Of a DNA stretch of 64,000 bases, positions 37,387 to 51,032 are shown in pieces (the stretch's first letter is position 1; every line of letters begins with the position of its first letter). This DNA comes from Octopus sinensis (Eukaryota), in contig NC_043004.1 in NCBI RefSeq assembly GCF_006345805.1, positions 69,130,001 through 69,194,000 of the forward strand, written 5' to 3'. The position numbers and the translations under genes are program-made. The notes under the pieces were generated by a model that did no database searches, had not been told where the DNA came from, and worked only from the letters and a program-made list of their open reading frames with translations.

Positions 37387-38913
37387 TTGCTGTTATTGTT
37401 TCAACCTAGGTGAACCCTAATTGCGCAAACCTATAATCAAAGACAATCCTGCTGTGATCACCCTGATTTTTAGAAGTGCTTTGTACGTCATTGCCCCATG
37501 AATTCTTTCATTATTAAAGATATAAAAGTAGGGTGTAATTTGAGGAAAATTTGGCCGTTATTTCTAGTAGGCCAAGCGAACTTAAAATGGCTCCTCTTTG
37601 GCTCCTGTTGCTATCTGGTTGTTGGTGTTATTGGTGATATCAGCTCTGATCGATCATATCTGTGATCAAAAGCAATCCACAAAGGGCTGTTCCATCGGTT
37701 TCGTTCTCAGATGCATTATGGATTAAAATATTCTCTTAGCTCCTTTATTCTATTTTTGTTTGTTTCAAGACAACGTGTATCTTGTAATATGTGAATTTTT
37801 AGAGCCAATATCCATCGGCAGAATTGTTAGGGCGTCAAAAAAAAAATGTTATATCTCTTTCTTCCGGCTTTTTACAATTTAAGTTCGAATCCTGTCGAAA
37901 TCAATTCCGCCTTTCATCCTTTCAGGGTCGGTACAACAAAATACCAGTCTAAGACATGGGATTGACTGTACTGACTATCACCCGCCCCTAAAACTGCTAC
38001 CTTGTGCCTAAAGCAGACACCGATATCCAACCATAGACATGTTCTACATTTCATAAGTCATCGACTAATGAAGTCGTTTTATCCACCATTAAAAAAAATT
38101 CAAAAAATAAATCGAAGTTTGTTCTACAACATACCAATACGCATGCGCACAAGACTTTCGTGATCTCACGTAATTCTACTATTAGTAATTAACATAACAA
38201 TATAAGACAATTATGGAACATTCAATACTTCAGTGAGATGTGACGAGGGGGAGATTTGGCTATGGGGGTCTTTTCTTTTTTTTATTCCAGATCGTGTCGA
38301 TCACATAGCTGTTCCCTCATTGGCTACTTTCTGATGTTACTGATGACGTCATTGTTGTAGATGTTGATACAGGTAATGGCGATGGCGATGGCGACATATT
38401 GCATATTTCAATAATTCAATAGTTTTAATACAACTTATGTTCATGCAGAATGCTGTCCTTTCAATCCATCCATTATTTCGATATGAAAAAAAATCACCGA
38501 AACATATGCGCAGGGAACTTTTCTATTTATTTGTTTAGTTATTTATCTTTTGTTTTGTGCTTCTACTAATTCGATGGCGTTTTGAAAAAGCCGCCCATTT
38601 CCTCCTCCTCTTCCCTCCTCCCTCCCTCTCTCCCTCCCTCTTCTTCCTCCTCCTTCCATCCTTTTTCTCGCTGTTCATTCGTTATAGAGACAGACGTTAC
38701 GGAAACAAGTGTTACTTTACTTTTTCACAGATTTCACTGAAATAACTTTATAAACTTTATTTATTGATTTATAGCCTCAGTGGTACTATCATAACCATCA
38801 CAATCATTATAATTTACATGTATGTATGTATGTATGTATGTATGTATGTATGCATGTTGTCTCTTTGCATATATGTGTGAATGCATATGTGTGTGTGTGT
38901 GAACGTATATAAA

Positions 38914-38944
<31 letters not shown>

Positions 38945-39699
38945 TATATATATATATTATATATATATATATATAATATATTCGTGTAAAAATCCGTTAT
39001 ATGCAACAGAAGCCCGTATGGGATTAATATAGTCATCTATATATTAAGAAGGGTAAAAATAAACTGCGGTATATATATATATGTGTGTGTGTGTGTGAAT
39101 TTATGTTTATGCGTGCGTGTGCGCGCGTGAGCGTGTGTGTATGCATGTGCGTGTATGTGCATGTGAGTGTGTGTGTGTGTGTATGTGTGTGTGAGTATAT
39201 GATATATGTATTGTGGGTAACTTGAATATATTTGACCGAATGACGACCGTGCCCTGTATAGTTACGGACTGCCCTTTGGACATAACACCCGTTCGGCCAT
39301 CCTGCCAGTGATACGGTGATATCATGGGACTGCAGCATGGCGTATTGAGAAGACGTAGCGGGAGGGATCAACTTGGGGCCAACGGTGCTTCTTACATTGA
39401 TGCTGAGCGGAGAAATCCTTGAAGACCAACGGTTAGGATCACCAAGCTCTCTTCCAAGAGAGTAACTGCAACGCATCCTTAGGGATGGCGTCCATGATTG
39501 TGTAATCAGCTAATGAAAGATTCATTATGGCTCAAACTTCCAACTCAAATTCATAATAATGGAATTGGATGGCGGCAGAGAGTCATGGGAATACGCAAAA
39601 GCAGTGATAAAATGTATGTGTTTGTGTGTATGTGTATAATAAACAATAGTGCGCCAAGAGAAACAACGCAGAGGGACCAGTGGCATTTATATGAATAAC

Positions 39700-40570
39700 A
39701 TACTCTTTACTCTTTTACTCTTTTACTGGTTTCAGTCATTTGACTGTGGCCATGCTGGAGCACCGCCTTTTAATCGAGCAAATCGACCTCATGACTTATT
39801 CTTTTGTAAGCCTAGTACTTATTCTATTGATCTCTTTGCCGAAACGCTAAGTTACAGAGACTTAAACACACCAGTATCGGTTGTCAAGCGATGTTGGGGG
39901 GACAAACACAGACACGCAAACATATACACACACACACATACATATACATATATATACATATATACGAGGGCTTCCTTCAGTTTCCGTCTACCAAATCCAC
40001 TCACAAGGCTTATGTCGGCCCGAGGCTATAGTAGAAGACATTTGCCCAAGGTGCCACGCAGTGGGCCTGATTCCGGACCATGTGGTTGGTAAGCAAGCTA
40101 CTTACCACACAGCCACTCCTGCGCCTATGTATAATCTTTTATCTTTTACGTGTTTCGGCCATTGGACTGCGTGGTAAGTAGCTTGCTTACCAACCACATG
40201 GTTCCGGGTTCAGGCCCACTGCGTGGCATCTTGGGCAACTGTCTTCTACTATATCCGCGGGCCGACATAAACCATGTGAGTGGAATTGTTAGACGGAAAC
40301 TGAAAGAAGCCCGTCGTGTAAATGTATATATCTATGTATGTGTGTATATGTTTGTGTATATGCTTGTGCGTCTGTGTTTGTCCCCCTCGCCCAACATCGC
40401 TTGACAACCGATGCTGGTGTGTTTACGTACCCGTAATCTAGCGATTCGGCAAAAGAGACCGATAGAATAAGTACTAGGCTTACAAAAAATAAATCCTGGG
40501 GTCGATTTGCACGGCTAAAGGAGGTGCTCCAGCATAGCCACAGTCAAATGACTGAAACAAGTAAAAGAGT
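39700..40570. mobile_element. Head-to-head inverted pair of SINE family 3 (minus 39700-40128, plus 40168-40570)
   Basis: Two ~400-bp copies in opposite orientation separated by ~40 nt. Confidence 0.9.
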
Positions 40571-40819
40571 ATGTGTCTGTGTGTGTATGTGTGTAATATA
40601 TATATATATATATATATATTGTGACCCCTTCATTCATGAATGACCAAGGGATTGCACCTAGAAAGTTACCTTCCGAGGCACAAGTCTGGGCAAGGTTGCT
40701 TATTGAAGACCAGCAGTCGCCCATGCATACCAGCCTCCTCTCTCCACGCCACCGATGTTATCCAAGGGAAAGGCAAAGGACGATACAACTTGGCACCAGT
40801 GACGTCGCAGCTCATTTAT

Positions 40820-41125
40820 TAACGTGCAAGTGGCTGAGCACTCCACTGATACCTGTACCCTTAATGTAGTTCTCGGGGAGATTCAGCGTGACACAGAGTG
40901 TGACAAGGCTGGCCCTTTGAAATGAAGGTACAACAAAAGCAGGAAGTAAGAGTGAGAGAAAGTTGTGGTGAAACCGTACAGCATGATTCACCACCACCCC
41001 CTGCCGTAGCCTCGTAGAGCTATAGGTGTTTTCGCTCAATAAACACTCACAATACCCGGTCTGGGAATCGAAATCGCGATCCTACGACCGCGAGTCTGCT
41101 GCCCTAACCACCGGGCCACTGCGCC
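40820..41125 (-). mobile_element. SINE family 2, tail b (truncated)
   Basis: Similar to 15447-15828. Confidence 0.85.
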
Positions 41126-41771
41126 CCCCTCTCTCTCTCATAAACATTGTAATAATTGTTTTTTCGTGATGTAAAAATCCTAACTGCTTTGCGCTTGTCT
41201 TCGTAACGTGTTTGATTTGTCTCTCTTGCAGCAAATAGAAAGAAAACCGATTAGATGAGATGTTTATTGTTGTCGGAAAAAAATTGAGTAACAGCATTAG
41301 GATACATAAGCTGAATAATAGGAAACCGGGACAGAAGAATGGGTTTCCATATAATATGTAACGATAGAGAAATTGTATTGTGCAGTAGTAGCTATTTGCC
41401 GTAATGAGTAGAAGGTACAGAGTCTCAACTACAAAGTACACCTCACTAGAATCGTACATATTCCACTGTGCATGGAACGGCAAGTTGCAAAGTGGAGAGT
41501 GTCCAACTTGTCACACAAGAGAAACCGAGCTAGAGTGGTGTCTCTGGTTGAAAAAACACGGAGGGGTCAAAACTGGACGGAAAAGTTAATGGAGTTCTTA
41601 AAGTACATCTGCAATATTTCTGAATGGTTCTGCACCGAATAGCAAATGAAGGTGGTGGCTAAGGTTAGAAGGCCTAAATATTACACTTGTATGAGAATGG
41701 AACTCCGCAGAGTTTCCTGCCCCACGAGCTACCAACGCACCAATCAAAGCTGCAAAATATACAGCATCATC

Positions 41772-41805
<34 letters not shown>

Positions 41806-42153
41806 GCAAGCCAAAATAAATACTGTTAAACTCTAATAAACTAATTAAATGAGTATTAATTATCGTTGAATGAAAGATAGTTGTGCATAACCATATTTAA
41901 CCTGTTCATGTACATTTGGACACGGAAAGACAATACTCTGCACAAGTTGAATCGAGAGAAGAAATTCTCCTTATAGACAATAAGGGTGTAAACACACCAT
42001 TGGGCCATGATTGATGTCACCGCACGATACGATGCATGCATTTCTGCGTCGTTACGCATCATCAGCTACGCATACAGAGCCGTATTGCTTTTCCATGTCC
42101 GAATGTAGAACATGTAAAATATAAGCTATGTAAAGTATAACATGTAAAGTATA

Positions 42154-42610
<457 letters not shown>

Positions 42611-42739
42611 CGTTTGTCTGTCAGTCTGTTTGTCTGCATGTGAATATGTGCGTGCGTGCATCTGTACGTGTGTATGAATTTATTACATGTTAGCAGCAGA
42701 TATGAATATATTTATGAGAAATCAGGCTGTGATGTTGTT

Positions 42740-42783
<44 letters not shown>

Positions 42784-43284
42784 GGAGGGGAGGGCAGAGG
42801 GGAGGCAACGCGGTAGGCGGAAGTGAGAGGGGAGGCAAAATAAAGAGGAAGAATACAAAAATGAGATCATAAAACAAACAAGAAACAGCGCTAATTTTTA
42901 CAACCATGCAACCATTGTATTATTCTAGCAATATGCGAACATGAATGGCCACCCCACCAATCATATTCCCTCTCCTACGCCTTCACTTCTTCCGTCTCAT
43001 CATCATCACCACCAACGTCCTCCCCCTCCTCTTCCTCCTCCTGCTCCTCCTCTTTATCATCATCATCGTCATCGTCACAAAAGTGGAGAATAAGCAGAAT
43101 TGCTAGTTAGCACGCCGGACGAAGTGCTTGGCAGCATTTCTCCCGGTTTTACGTTCTGAGTTCTACTGAAGTCCACTTTTATCCTTTTAGAGTCGATGAA
43201 ATACGTACCAGCCAGTCGAGTGCTGGTACGTATTTCCAGTAGTGGAAACGATAAAAATCCATTATCGTCGTGCTTGTCAATGAC

Positions 43285-43285
43285 G

Positions 43286-43369
<84 letters not shown>

Positions 43370-43412
43370 CCACCATCATCATCATCATCATCATCACCAT
43401 CACCATCATCAC

Positions 43413-43448
<36 letters not shown>

Positions 43449-43473
43449 AATTGTCATCACCACCACCACCACC

Positions 43474-43505
<32 letters not shown>

Positions 43506-43550
43506 CATCATCATCACCATCACCACCACCATCATCATCATCATCATCAT
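43285..43550. repeat. (CAT/CAC)n trinucleotide array
   Basis: Direct inspection; accounts for the poly-M, poly-I and poly-S ORFs. Confidence 0.95.
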
Positions 43551-43921
43551 TTTAGAATTAGACAAGGAAGACAAGGGAGCTGGAGAGAGAGGAAGCTGGT
43601 AAGTAAGTGTGTAGATTTATGCCAATTCCACAATCAGCCGGGGTTAGATTTCAGTTCACCAATATTCAAAGATAGATCTAAGGCTTCGAACTGGCGGAAT
43701 TGTTAGGACTACAGGCAAAATTTTTAGCGGCATTTCGCCCGTCTTTACGTTCTGCACTTAAATGCAGCCGGTGTTGACTTTGCCTTTCATCATTCGGGGT
43801 CGATAAAATAAGTACCAGTTGAAGACTGGGGTCGAAGTAATGGACTTAGCCTCTCTCCCAAAATTGCTGGCCTCGTGCCAGAATGGACAATAGAGACAAA
43901 TAAGGTTATATCAAATTCCAT

Positions 43922-44345
43922 GGCAGATATATTTTTGATTTATAGAAATTATCTTGCCTTTGAAAGGAAAGTAAACAAATGCCTTGTGGCAATTGCGACC
44001 ATCTTTAAATATGAAGGGGAGATAATCTCAGAAGTCGAGACCTCTCCAAAACTGACGGGGCTCAGCCGAAAAGTCTATCTGTCGGGCGACATGAGTTCAG
44101 ATGTGGCAACGGGTTTGTGCCACAATAGGCGTCATAAGCATAGCTATTGTTCTATTTCCCCTCTAACAGGTAAGATACGCATGCGTAGAAAACATTAATG
44201 ACTCCGGGAAACGTAAAAAGTTTAAACGAAAGTTAGTTAAGCGAGTGCCTATCGGTGTGTATTTGGAAACTAAAGAGAATAAGGGTATAAAATTTACTCT
44301 TTTCTTGAATGCAAGATAATTTTTAAAAACCCAAGAATATCTATT
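43922..44345. mobile_element. Possible MITE with degenerate ~50-bp TIRs
   Basis: gatatatttttg..aaattatcttgcctttgaaaggaaagtaaa vs tttactcttttcttgaatgcaagataattttt..aatatc. Confidence 0.4.
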
Positions 44346-44366
44346 ACACAGTATTTGATCTGCATA

Positions 44367-44745
44367 TCGTGGCACTCCGTCGGTTACGACGAGGGTTCCA
44401 GTTGAACCGATCAACGGAACAGCCTGCTCGTGAAATTAACGTGCAAGTGGCTGAGCACTCCACAGACACATGTATAGTAGATGATACTTGCACATAGTGT
44501 CACGCAGTAGAACTGAACCCAAGACCATATGTTCTCGGGGAGATTCAGCGTGACACAGAGTGTGACAAGGCTGGCCTTTTGAAATACAGATACAACAGAA
44601 ACAAGAAGAAAGAGTGAGAGAAAGATGTGGTGAAAGAATACAATAGGGTTCGCCACCACCCCTTACCGGAGTCTTGTGGAGATTTATGTGTTTTCGCTCA
44701 ATAAACACTCACAACGCCCGCTCTGAGAATCGAAACCGCGATCCT
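44367..44745 (-). mobile_element. SINE family 2, tail b, with ~55-nt internal insertion
   Basis: Similar to 15447-15828; the insert resembles 44790-44860 in the opposite orientation. Confidence 0.8.
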
Positions 44746-45294
44746 CTGACCTCGACAATATGCATATATTCATCATTATATATGTATTACACAGACGTGT
44801 CTGTGGGGTTAAGGTCTTGGGTTCAGCTCTACTGCGTGACACTATGTGCAAGAATCATCTGCTATAGTTGCGGGACGACCGAAGCCTTGTTGAATAGATT
44901 TGGTAGGCGGAAACTGAGAGAAGCCGTCGTATACATACATACATACATACATACATACATACATACATACATACATACATACATACAAACATACATACAT
45001 GCATACATACATACAAACATACATACATACATACATACATACATACATACATACATACAAACATACTACTACATACACAATACATACATACATACATACA
45101 TACATACAACATACATACATACATACATACATACAAACATACATATGTACATACATACAAACATACATACATACATACATACATACATACATACATACAT
45201 ACATACATACATACATACATACATACGTGACCGTGTATGTACTGTTGGCGATTTTTCGTCCGTCTTCCCTTCTTTGGATCCTTCCTTTTCCTAT

Positions 45295-45329
45295 GTTTCT
45301 GACGAAGAGCTCCGCTCGAAACGTTAAAC
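45295..45329 (+). ncRNA. Minimal hammerhead-ribozyme-like motif in Penelope-like pLTR (45240-45420)
   Basis: gttt-CUGACGA-A-GAGC ucc GCUC-GAAA-cguu-aaac; stem I gttt/aaac, stem II GAGC/GCUC, palindromic AACGUU. Confidence 0.65.
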
Positions 45330-45514
45330 CTTCCTTCTTTCCTTCTTTCCTGAGCGTCGAATAACACTATACTTGTTCCACGTCCCCGCGCTGTTGTGCT
45401 TTCATGTTTGGATTAACTATATATATAAGGACAAACTATATATATATATCAGATCATATCATTCAGATTATATATATATATAAATATAAGGACAAACTAT
45501 ATATATATAACAAA

Positions 45515-45571
<57 letters not shown>

Positions 45572-45580
45572 ATATATATA

Positions 45581-45819
45581 TATTGTTATTTTCGGAATGG
45601 TCATTTTGCCAGTTTAGCCAATAAAAACACACGCACTATATATTTGGTGTTACTTTGCTTCAGTGTTATTTATTTTTTACATTACTCTTAATCTTATTTC
45701 GGCCAAATTAAGATTAATGTAAAAAATAAATAACACTGAAGCAAAGTAACACCAAATATACAGTGCGTGTGTTTTTATTGGCTAAACTGGCAAAATGACC
45801 ATTCCGAAATATAACAATA
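45581..45819. repeat. 239-bp near-perfect palindrome (probable Penelope tail-to-tail junction)
   Basis: tattgttattttcggaatggtcattttgcc.. inverted to ..ggcaaaatgaccattccgaaatataacaata; centre tttcggccaaa. Confidence 0.85.
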
Positions 45820-45896
45820 CCTGTTTCAACACACGACTTCACATAGAAAATCTTGCACAACAAATATATAAACGTACTATATATATATATATATAT

Positions 45897-45928
<32 letters not shown>

Positions 45929-46014
45929 ATATTATATATATATATATATGCATATATATATATGCATATATATATATGTATATATATGTATATGTATATA
46001 TATGTATATGTATA

Positions 46015-46082
<68 letters not shown>

Positions 46083-46227
46083 GTGAAATAGAAAGATGAA
46101 TAATCTTGTAGGATTAATCAACAGTTTAACCGTTACCTTAGTAGCAAAAATCACAGCAGTAAACAGCACGGTTGGAGGTACAACCATCTGGCGTTGCAAC
46201 CGTGCGTTGGTGCGGATAATTGAAATT

Positions 46228-46698
46228 AAAACATTATGGTGAATTGAAGAAATGGAGCTGAACGCAGATTGAACAGAAATCGTTTTATTTCATTCTACAC
46301 GTGTTTCGAAAGGCACAAATTACCAAAATCCGATTGAATAATGGGACCATATTGTGTCTTTCTCTTCAGGAAGAAAAAGGAAATCCGTTGGAAAAACAAA
46401 AACAGAACAGAGGCGGAGCAAAAAACAAATCGAACTGTGCTCCTAAGAGCCCATGGCGAAACTGTTTCGCCATGGGCTCTTAGGAGCACAGTTCGATTTG
46501 TTTTTTGCTCCGCCTCTGTTCTGTTTTGTTTTTCCAACGGATTTCCTTTTTTCTTCCTGAAGAGAAAGACACAATATGGTCCCATTATTCAATCGGATTT
46601 TGGTAATTTGTGCCTTTCGAAACACGTGTAGAATGAAATAAAACGATTTCTGTTCAATCTGCGTTCAGCTCCATTTCTTCAATTCACCAATAATGTTT

Positions 46699-46699
<1 letters not shown>
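46228..46699. repeat. 472-bp near-perfect palindrome with 1-nt loop
   Basis: Centre gcgaaac-t-gtttcgc at 46463; arms differ by three 1-nt homopolymer indels on my reading. Confidence 0.95.
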
Positions 46700-46740
<41 letters not shown>

Positions 46741-46984
46741 TATAAGGACAAACTAAGCTAAAAGCATTAGATTCCTTGGAAGAAAGCAGCGAATGTATAC
46801 AAAAACAAGGACGGAAAAAAACGGACAATGTTACACGTGTGAGTATGTATAAATTTAAGTCACAATATATGGATTCAAGTAACTCAAGTAATAATGATAA
46901 GAAACATCTCCTTAATGTATCATTCAACAAAACATACAGGATACAAGAAAAAACTTCAAGGAGTGTATTCAAGTCATAAAAGAC

Positions 46985-47132
46985 AGAAATAGTTTGATGA
47001 AATTTCATTTTTACAATATTTGTTAATTAAACACAATAATATATATTATTTACATGTTTTTCAGTCACGAAACAATTTGTCATGATATTTGAATTTTCTT
47101 ATTGTTAAATAAAATTTCATCAAACTATTTCT
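46985..47132. mobile_element. Small MITE-like element with 21-bp inverted repeats
   Basis: agaaatagtttgatgaaattt / aaatttcatcaaactatttct. Confidence 0.5.
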
Positions 47133-47290
47133 CTGTCATTTATGTATGTATGTATGTATGTATGTATGTATGTATGTATGTATGTATGTATGTATGTATG
47201 TATGTATGTGCTTTTCTGTTTATGTTGTGTTTGTCCCGCCCCCGGCGACTCACCGCTTCACAACTGCTAGACTAAACCCTTCGACTAAAC

Positions 47291-48432
47291 CAGGGTTGGG
47301 TAAACTTTTTAGTGCGGCGGGCAAAAATTTCCAAAGAAAAAGGTCCGCGGGCGGATCACAAGTTCTAATTCTTATATCTGTGTAAATCTTGTATATAATT
47401 GTATAATTCGTGACACATTAATAACGATAAGTTTAACACATTAAATTAACACTTAACATCTTCATTAACGCCGCCACTGAATTTATGATGTTTATATTAC
47501 TTATGAGGTATTCTATATTTTCCAGCTAGAGTGTAGTTGGGTCTCAAGGGGGGTGGTACAAACCTAGTAATATGTGTTTCATAGTGAAAACTAAATTTCC
47601 ATTCAAATGGTAATTACCAGACGAGTTTCTGTTCGAGTCTAATCGTTTTAAGTCGTCGTGGAAACGCGACATATTGTCGCAAACAAGTATACGAATATTT
47701 GTATAAATTTTATAATTGAAAAATTTACTATATTTTGTACATACAAGTATATTAGCCTGCAGGCGCAATAAAATGGGCTCGCGGAGAGCTGCGAGCTGGC
47801 AGAAACGTTAGCACGCCAGGCGAAATGCTTTGCGGTATTTCGTCTGCCGTTACGTTCTGAGTTCAAATTCCGCCGAGGTTGACTTTGCCTTTCATCCTTT
47901 CGGGGTCGATAAATTAAGTACCAGTTACGCACTGGGGTCGATGTAATCGACTTAATACCTATGTCTGTCCTTGTTTGTCCCCTCTGTGTTTAGCCCCTTG
48001 TGGGTAGTAAAGAAATAGAAATAGGTATTTCGTCTGCCGTTACGTTCTGAGTTCAAATTCCGCCGAGGTCGACTTTGCCTTTCATCCTTTCGGGGTCGAT
48101 AAATTAAGTACCAGTTACGCACTGGGGTCGATGTAATCGACTTAATACCTATGTCTGTCCTTGTTTGTCCCCTCTATGTTTAGCCCCTTGTGGGTAGCAA
48201 AGAAATAGAAATAGGTATTTCGTCTACCGTTACGTTCTGAGTTCAAATTCCGCCGAGGTCGACTTTGCCTTTCATCCTTTCGGGGTCGATTAAATAAGTA
48301 CCAGTTACGCATTGGGGTCGACATAATCGACATAATCCGTTTGTCTGTCCTTGTTTGTCCCCTCTATGTTTAGCCACTTGCGGGCAATAAAGAAATGAAT
48401 AAAATGGGCTCGCGGGGGTATCCCCACCCCTG
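47291..48432. mobile_element. hAT-type MITE with 8-bp TSD, hosting a SINE insertion
   Basis: TIRs CAGGGTTGGG / CCCACCCCTG; TSD GACTAAAC at 47283-47290 and 48433-48440. Confidence 0.9.
47785..48397 (+). mobile_element. Nin/Deu-like SINE trimer with 18-bp TSD
   Basis: aataaaatgggctcgcgg at 47767-47784 and 48398-48415; one full unit plus two units restarting at ggtatttcgtct. Confidence 0.92.
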
Positions 48433-48487
48433 GACTAAACCCATGCCTGCAGTTCAATGACAGAAACAAGAAAGAAGGTAAGAAGGT

Positions 48488-48535
<48 letters not shown>

Positions 48536-48544
48536 ACACATACA

Positions 48545-48579
<35 letters not shown>

Positions 48580-49054
48580 GTAGACACACGCACACACACA
48601 CACACATGTTAGTAAGCCAGTAAAGATCCGTACAATACATCTGGGCCGAAATACCTATGATATTTGGCCAATAGACTACTCTGCTATATATCTATATCGA
48701 GAAGTGTATGGTAGTAGAGCAATAGACTACTATACAACATATCTATGTCGATATATATACACTATAGTAAGCCAATAGAGACTTCTCAAAGCAATGATGG
48801 TAAGTCAATAAAAATTTAGAGTTTATTCGACTTAGTGGTTGTATGTTTGCTTTCCAAAGTAAAAAATGTGTAAAAATTCTGTTACATCAGCCGTGTATAA
48901 TACATACATACATACACACAATCACACTTTCACATATATATGTATGTGTGTGTGTGTGTGTGAATATATATATATATAAAATATATATTTGTATACACGT
49001 ATATATATATTTGTATATAAGTATATATGTATGCATACATGTATGTTTATGTAT

Positions 49055-49085
<31 letters not shown>

Positions 49086-49189
49086 ACATATATATATATA
49101 ATATATATATTATATATATATATATACTAAGTATACTGACTAGCATAACCAACGTCTTAAATGCAATCAATAGTAACAACAGCAAAACT

Positions 49190-49470
49190 ACTACAACAAC
49201 TACTACTACTACATTAGGAACGTCAACAAATCAACAAATCACCACCACCACCACCACCACCACCATCACTGCCACCACCGCCACCGCCGCCTTCGCTATC
49301 ACCACCACCACCGCCACCGCCACCACCACCACCACCACCACAGCCACCACCACCACCACCACCACCACCGCCACCACCACCACCACCACCACCACTGCCA
49401 CCACCGCCACCGCCGCCTTCGCTATCACCACTGCCGCCGCCGCCACCACCACCACCACCACTACTAACAA
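49190..49470. repeat. (ACC/GCC/ACT)n array with internal duplication of gccttcgctatc
   Basis: Direct inspection. Confidence 0.9.
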
Positions 49471-49869
49471 CACCATATTCCATTCAAAAGTAAAAACAAA
49501 ACAAAAATCAATACACTTCATTTCAACGGAGGCGGCGGCGGCGGTGGGGTGGGGTGGGGATAGAACTAATCAATAAACCGATGTCAATTCAGAAATTCTA
49601 AACTATAAAAATCGATCTAACGTACAATGTGTTTAGACTGTGTTTAATCTACTTTTCCATTGTGTTTAGGGTTGTATTTCCCCTGTATCTGGCAGCTTGT
49701 TTAAGCTGGTTGGACAGGACTTTGGGGGCGAAACTTGAAGTCCCTATCAACACTTATCATTAATAGCTGCATATACAGGGCCAAATCTAGTTGTTTGTAT
49801 AAAAGGAAGAAAATGAAACAAAATCTCCAAAAATGAAAGAATTTTTAAAATTCCAAAGAAAAAATGTAA

Positions 49870-50304
49870 TAGGCGCAGGAGTGGCTATGTGGTAAGTAGC
49901 TTGCTAACCAACCACATGGTTCCGGGTTCAGTCCCACTGCGTGGCATCTTGGGCAAGTGTCTTCTGCTATAGCCCCGGACCGACCAATGCCTTGTGAGTG
50001 GATTTGGCAGACGGAAACTGAAAGAAGCCTGTCGTATATATGTATATATATATATGTATATATATATGTATATGTATGTGTGTGTGTTTGTGTGTCTGTG
50101 TTTGATCCCCCTAGCATTGCTTGACAACCGATGCTGGTGTGTTTACGTCCCCGTCACCTAGCGGTTCGGCAAAAGAGACCGATAGAATAAGTACTGGGCT
50201 TACAAAGAATAAGTCCCGGGGTCGATTTGCTCGACTAAAGGCGGTGCTCCAGCATGGCCGCAGTCAAATGACTGAAACAAGTAAAAGAGTAAAAGAGAAA
50301 GAGT
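49870..50304 (+). mobile_element. Full-length SINE family 3
   Basis: taggcgcaggagtggctatgtggtaag..gggttcagtccc (A/B-box-like), ending gtaaaagagtaaaagag. Confidence 0.9.
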
Positions 50305-50344
50305 AAATAGGGATTAGACTATGGCTGCGAGGTTACTGTTTACT

Positions 50345-51032
50345 CAGAGTAGTTGCCCCCGGCTTTCACCACGCCCTCAAGACTGCTCCGGAACCTGGCA
50401 CATGTTTTTCTCATTGCCTTCCAGGGAAGATCTTCGAACACCCCCTTGATCTTGGATACCAGCTCGGCCTCAGTGTTGTAGGCGGAGCGGTTGGTGTCCG
50501 TCTCAACCGCGCCTCACACGTAGTAATCTATGGAATTAAGATGCTAAAAACTAGGGTTGGTGAAGTCGAAGAAATTCCCCGACACTCTCTTTTGATTCTT
50601 TCTGGAGGTAGTGCAAGAAAGCGATAACTGCTACCATATATATATATTTCTTTACTACCCACAAGGGGCTAAACACAGAGGGGACAAACAAGGACAGACA
50701 TAGGTATTAAGTCGATTACATCGACCCCAGTGCGTAACTGGTACTTAATTTATCGACCCCGAAAGGATGAAAGGCAAAGTCGACCTCGGCGGAATTTGAA
50801 CTCAGAACGTAGCGGCAGACGAAATACCGCTAAGCATTTCGCCCGGCGCGCTAACGTTTCTGCCAGCTCGCCGCCTTCTGCTACCATATATATATGACCT
50901 TCTAGCAGCAACTCTCTCCAGCTAGGGATCGACCATAGTCTCCTGCAGCTTTACACAGCCGACGGAATTGACCCTAAGACCCTGCTCGAAGATGAAGAGA
51001 TTGCGCCGTAGCACGCAGTCACAATGCTTGTT

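Noticed and set aside
38291-38372. Apparent exon with strong acceptor and donor
   Set aside because: Stops in all three frames, and the flank resembles the repeat at ~37530-37600; possible only as a terminal or non-coding exon.
39033-39512. ~95 open codons on the minus strand in a GC-richer island
   Set aside because: No recognisable motif, weak donor, continues into microsatellite; left unannotated.
41082-41483. Hydrophobic minus-strand ORF resembling GPCR TM6-7
   Set aside because: In-frame stop just upstream, no convincing receptor motif, runs into a SINE; F/L/I/Y richness is expected from AT-rich DNA.
48989-49576. Poly-Thr mucin-like ORF, and the many YI/HT/VC/poly-M/poly-L ORFs across the window
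   Set aside because: Translations of di-, tri- and tetranucleotide microsatellites.
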